Translations under genes and position numbers: made by a program
Source: Flaccisagitta enflata
Lineage: Eukaryota
Assembly: GCA_965153355.1 (NCBI GenBank)
Contig: OZ231126.1
Span: 3,658,001 to 3,722,000, forward strand
Reading direction: 5' to 3'
DNA length: 64,000 nucleotides
Shown here: positions 36,964 through 64,000 of the stretch, piece by piece
How positions within the stretch are numbered: position 1 is the first letter of the stretch
Layout of the letters: the number at the start of each line of letters is the position of its first letter
Notes under the pieces: model-generated
Database searches by the model: none
Told to the model about the DNA's origin: nothing
The model's input: the letters and a program-made list of their open reading frames with translations, nothing else

Positions 36964-39900
36964 TTAGTACTCTTTGGGTTTGAGAAAGGTCTTCACTTCT
37001 CCGATTATCTTATTTGGAGTCTTTTGTTTTTTGACAGTGTCTTCTTGTTCGTCGTCGTCCGATGACTCGTTTTGGCGCTGACGCTTCGTCTTGAATTTCT
37101 TATCCATATTTTTCACGAAGGAACTGTACCTGAAATAAGGAAAAAGAACAAGTGACGCAGGGACACGATGTCGTTGCGGACGGGTGGGCTGGGGTGTCCA
37201 AACCCCATCCACACCCCAACCTCCACAAACAAACATGCGCAACAAGTATCAAAAACATTCGTTTTTCTTCCAACTCTTGCCAACGGATGGATGGACCGAC
37301 GGACGGACAAAGCATCTCGATGAGCTGCGTGTCCGCAACTGTAAAGGACTGAGACGAACCGAGATAAGGACAAACACGACGGACGGCTAGTCGCATTAAG
37401 GAGAGACTCGAAGTAGATGGAATCAATTGACGGATACAAAGAGGAGACAGATCAAAGCATGGAGACAAAGAGTTGCATGTTGCATGTGTAAGGATGATGT
37501 CCAAATTGAACTTCACACAAATCTGATTCTTACTGGTTGGCCATGTCTTCGTCTGTGACAGTCGTTTCCGCGTTCTCATCATCATTTTCCGCGACTTCCG
37601 ATTTTCCTTCGTTACGCATCAGAGTTTCCACTTCAGGATTCATCCCCTTAAAACAACAACCAAAATGTCAAATGTCATAACTTGTTAGCACCGTCTCAAC
37701 GGTTGGTCTTGTGAGTTGTAACACTTATCTGACAGTAGGCAGGAAAAGCAATATCAACACACAAAAAGTTAAAAGGCACAATTTCAATAAGCCCGGCGCA
37801 GTTTGATGTATTTTCAAGTGCAGTAACTCCAAGGCATAGTAATACAATGACACTTTGAAAGTTAAAATCTCGTCTCACTGGGCCAACTAATAGTACGGTT
37901 TTTTTTGGCAGCGGCCCCAAAGGGGGCGATGATCTGAATATGCACATATGCTTAAGGGAAATTTCCTCTTCCCCCACTCCTTCCTCTATTCCACCGAGAA
38001 GGTGAAAAGAGTAGGTCATTGACCCCTTTTGTGTCTCTTCCCTACTTTTTCTAACACTACTTAAGCAGGGCACGGGTACCGCTGACCATATAACGCTTTT
38101 GCGACAAATATACTATTTACGCGGATGTACACACATATATATTTTTGCGCCTAATCGTTGGATATGTGTCGTTCTTACAGTTATACGCGCAACCATTCAA
38201 ATAAATGATTATTCAAGTAACCTGAAAACTGAAGCGGCCAAAGTTGAGTTGCTCCAAAACAGTGATAGAATTGACATACTCGAACAATTCGTGGTCAGCG
38301 TCGCCTTCTTCTGGAGGGTCAACCCTAAGGATAGTGAGTGAGTGAGAGAGTGAGTGAGAGATAGACAAAGGGGCAGACAGAGAGATGGAGAGAAAAAGAG
38401 AGCGAGGGCGAGTGCGAGATAAAGAGGGATAGAGGGAAACAGATAGGACGCACTGAAAATTAGCATAAAATAAGCTACCCAAGCCAGATGAATCATGATT
38501 TTCATAAAATTAAATTTGCCAAATTTTTTTTCTTGGATGTTATCAATTAACATGTGAATAGATATATTTTGCATATATTAGTTATAATGAGTCAGTTCAA
38601 GCCTTGAATCATGAATTTCATGGTCGAAAAACTACACAAAATACAGTGGAAATGTCAATTTGTTATTGTACCATAACCCACACAGAATTCCAAATTTGCA
38701 TAGAAAATCAAAATCTCAACAAAATACGAACATAGCGCGATCCCTAACTCAGTTACTGAGCGCGCTATGTTCTTATTTCATGCAAATTTGGATTTCCTAT
38801 GCAAATTTGGAATTCTGTGTGAGCTGAAAAAAATCGATTGTTACTAATTTTTTCACCTTTTCATAACTTCATAGTCGAATTTCCTTCATTCCTATTTACC
38901 ATTCTACCATTTGGCTTTATATGAGTATTTCTTTTATGTGATTAAACATACTAGATTTGGAAAAAAATGAAGCAGGCAGTAACTGAAATAGAAATGCTAA
39001 TGCGATTGGTTAATTTGTCCTACGGGTAAATTCCTCTATCTTAAGTTTCAGTGCGTCATAGAGACAGAAAGACACAGGCACACAGACACAAGAGAGAGCA
39101 AGACCGGCTCAGAGACAGACAATAGAGGCAGAGATGACTTAGAGATGACTTAGAGATGACTTAGAGATGACTGAGAGATGACTGAGAGATGACTGAGAGA
39201 TGACTTAGAGTCAGACAAGACGGACAGACACTGACACAGACAGAGATACACACATTTTTTTTTTATTTGGACAGAGACAAAGACAGGCACACACAGAAAG
39301 AGCGAGAGTCAGGGAAGGGTGGGGGGGGGGACCAAATAAGGCTGTGATTTCTAGTTTGTACGTTAGAATTATGACCAAGTTAATCAACTAGGACGGGTGA
39401 TCCGGAAACGGGAACAAGTGCGAGACAAAGCAACGATAAAACTGGTGAATTACTTGGACATGAGCGCGACATATAGCGACGATTAATTACTTGGACATGA
39501 GAGCAAAATATAGCAACGATTAATTACTTGGACATAAGTGCGAGATATTCCGCCGGTAACGATTCGATGACCCATTGCTCCTCCAACGCACCGATTTCTT
39601 CCTCTTCCACTTCCTAAAGATGACAAATTAGAAAGGAAGTCAACAAAATGTAATGTAAAGATGAGATCAAATAAGGCGAACGAATGAAGATAAGAGTTTG
39701 GTTACTGTGGGCTTGCTGAAATGTAGGGAAATTAAACTATAACAGGTTCCATGGAAGTAATAACGTCACCGACGCAATTCTACCTATAACAGATGCCAAT
39801 TCATAGTTCCTTCAAGTTAATTTCTTTTAATGCCTTTGTTGGCAATAACAGAATTCTGCTTATAACAAAAAAAAATTGTTAGTCCTTTGAAATCCGTTAG

Positions 39901-40048
39901 AACGGGGTTTAACTGTACGTCATTCAGTTCTACAGCAACATGAGTAAATAAATATTACCTGCTGCAATTTCGAGGCGGTTTTTTGCATAAATTTCATTTG
40001 TAAGAGAGTTTTGGAGAGAGCTCCGTCGTTGTTTGATGACGACGACAT
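36964..40048 (-). CDS. MPHOSPH6: M-phase phosphoprotein 6 (nuclear exosome cofactor MPP6), 5 exons, 185 aa
   Basis: Exons 40048-39959, 39613-39528, 38324-38222, 37646-37534, 37129-36964, all GT-AG and phase-consistent. The translation has MPP6 hallmarks: LSKTLLQMKFMQK, EEQWVI, LNFGRFSFQGMNPEVETLM, VTDEDMANQY, C-terminal KTFLKPKEY. Confidence 0.92.
38447..39057. mobile_element. TIR element with 4-bp TSD ATAG in an MPP6 intron, containing a ~140-bp palindrome (38679-38821)
   Basis: GACGCACTGAAA / TTTCAGTGCGTC termini, ATAG on both sides. Confidence 0.7.
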
Positions 40049-40353
40049 CTTTTACAGTCAGTAGTAAAGAGCAAAAGCTTGTTAAATCTGTAAACTTATG
40101 ATTAATTAGGCGATCTCGAGTGTGAAATGGACGAAGAGTCAAAAATGGATTTGTCAAATCAAAACTAATCCTGGAGATAAACACTCGATTTAGAGTTTTA
40201 TTTCATTTCATTTCGTTCCTGGAGTGAAAATCCTGGGCCTGCGGTGGGGAGCACATGGCTTCTGATGATGTCCAATTTCATCTGGGAAAATAGAAGTAAT
40301 GGATAAGCACATAAACTGAAAAATAAGGTTTGTTCGCAATTACAGTCAAGTTA

Positions 40354-40507
40354 CAGTTGAACCCCGCACAAATGGACCCGCCACCAACGGAATTTTTAGT
40401 CCCTTCCAGTTAATTTCTTCTATTTCCTTTCCTAACAAAAACAGCAGTCCGCCTATAACAAAAGAAAACAGATAGTCCCTGAAATTCGTTAGAGCGGGGT
40501 TCAACTG
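40354..40507. mobile_element. Small Tigger/Tc1-like MITE
   Basis: CAGTTGAACCCCGC / GCGGGGTTCAACTG; related copies at ~50268-50443 and ending at 39916. Confidence 0.65.
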
Positions 40508-41532
40508 AGGATTTTGTCGATAATAGACATCGCATAAAATAAGTCTAGTCAAAAGAAACACCATCGCTGAGCCCGGTGGACAATTTGGACATCATCGTCT
40601 GCTTCATATTTCGGCATTCGTCTGCCAGAATAGCCCCCCCAAGTCCGCTACGTCAGCGGAAGCAGCTTCGCCACGCAGCTGCGTCACACCGCAGCGCGAC
40701 GACGCAGCGCGGCAAATCAAAGAGAAGGGCTTTGCGCGAGATTCCTGATTCGTCATGGCAACGAAGAGGAAGAGGAGGAGGAGTAAAGGACGCACATCGA
40801 ATCAATGGAACGGAGAGGCAAAGAGAGAGACAGAGAAGCTAAAGAGAGAGACAGAGACAGATCCATTGCAATAACAATAGATGATCTACCATAGCCAGAA
40901 GGACCAGAGAAGAGTCGCAGAAAAGGGGACAACTTCCGATAAAGATGATTGAAGAGATAATGAATAATAGATGATTCCAAGCGAAAGAGAAAGGACAGGT
41001 GGACCTTGGAACCAGTTCTCTCAAAAATCTTTTTATCTTTAATTCTCATCTACGCGGGAATAGACGAATGCGTCAAATGCAAATGTTTCTTTTAGATTCC
41101 AACGTTGGTAGATCGAAAGTTTCTTTTTCTAACAATGTCGTGATGATAGAAGCTCACTTCGCGTATGTACTATGTCATATCTTCGCCGCAACATGATGCA
41201 ACAACCATGTTAACATTTCCACAGCGCCTCGAGATGATTATGAATGCCCCTTTGGCAAAGCCTGCCTCGTTGTTGACATCCCAACTATCTCTCAAAGACC
41301 AGGAAAGGCAGGCTTGTCATTCTTTATTCGCATCAATTGTTCAATATGTTAACTCTATTGGCGCCTTCCAATCTGGATATAAAGAATCCACCCACGGTTT
41401 ACATCAGGTCAGCAACAAAACTTTCGATGGATGCCGCAGGAGGCGAGCGTAGACGGTGATATATGATAGTAGTAATTTAGTCGTATCTCGATTTTCTGAT
41501 CGTTTTTGAAAAATAAACTCACTGTATACAAT

Positions 41533-63668
<22,136 letters not shown>

Positions 63669-64000
63669 GTGGCTGAGAAAGCCTCGAGAATCAGACTGCA
63701 CCGTAATTAAGATTTTTTTTTTAGCTGATTCCAACGCTGATCCCTGTTACAATCACCAGTCATCTCCAGCAAATTACTCCAGCTCCCTTCAATCCCCCTC
63801 AGTCCTGCTGCAAATTGCAACATTTAAATTTGTTACAATGTCACCCGGGGTGCCGATTCTGTAAAGCTGCAGCGTAGCAAGAAAATTCTAACCAAGGCTG
63901 CCGCATTTTCTTTACCATTGATATCCCTCTGTTTTCTAGCGAAACTAACCCATTGAAGCTTACTTGATATTTGTTTTACTTATTTACAATGATAAGAACA

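Noticed and set aside
40262-40295. Hammerhead ribozyme core CTGATGA..GAAA (CTGATGA also at 31588)
   Set aside because: No adequate stems II/III.
40562-40744. CxxU (SCFR-TGA) selenoprotein reading on the minus strand
   Set aside because: No recognisable selenoprotein family context and no SECIS-like ATGA/AA/GA hairpin seen downstream.

Overview
Repeat-rich animal (invertebrate-like) nuclear DNA with GT-AG introns; no prokaryotic features. The first ~36 kb is mostly nested transposons. It holds a near-intact full-length CR1-type LINE (PHD-finger ORF1, APE+RT ORF2), a 5'-truncated L2-like LINE, many TIR/foldback MITEs with readable TSDs, and dozens of short Helentron/DINE-1-like elements from at least five families that share one terminal layout. 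It also holds orphan gene fragments, including disabled DPF-type PHD exons. The right part carries three spliced genes reconstructed by hand: MPP6/MPHOSPH6 (minus, 5 exons, 185 aa), a head-to-head centriolin-like gene (plus, 16 exons, ~1948 aa), and a 3-exon ~762-aa F-box gene with an MGNxxSC N-terminus nested antisense in centriolin intron 6. A recurrent feature is tandem duplication of exon ends together with their splice sites. Homology calls rest on remembered motifs; no database search was run.
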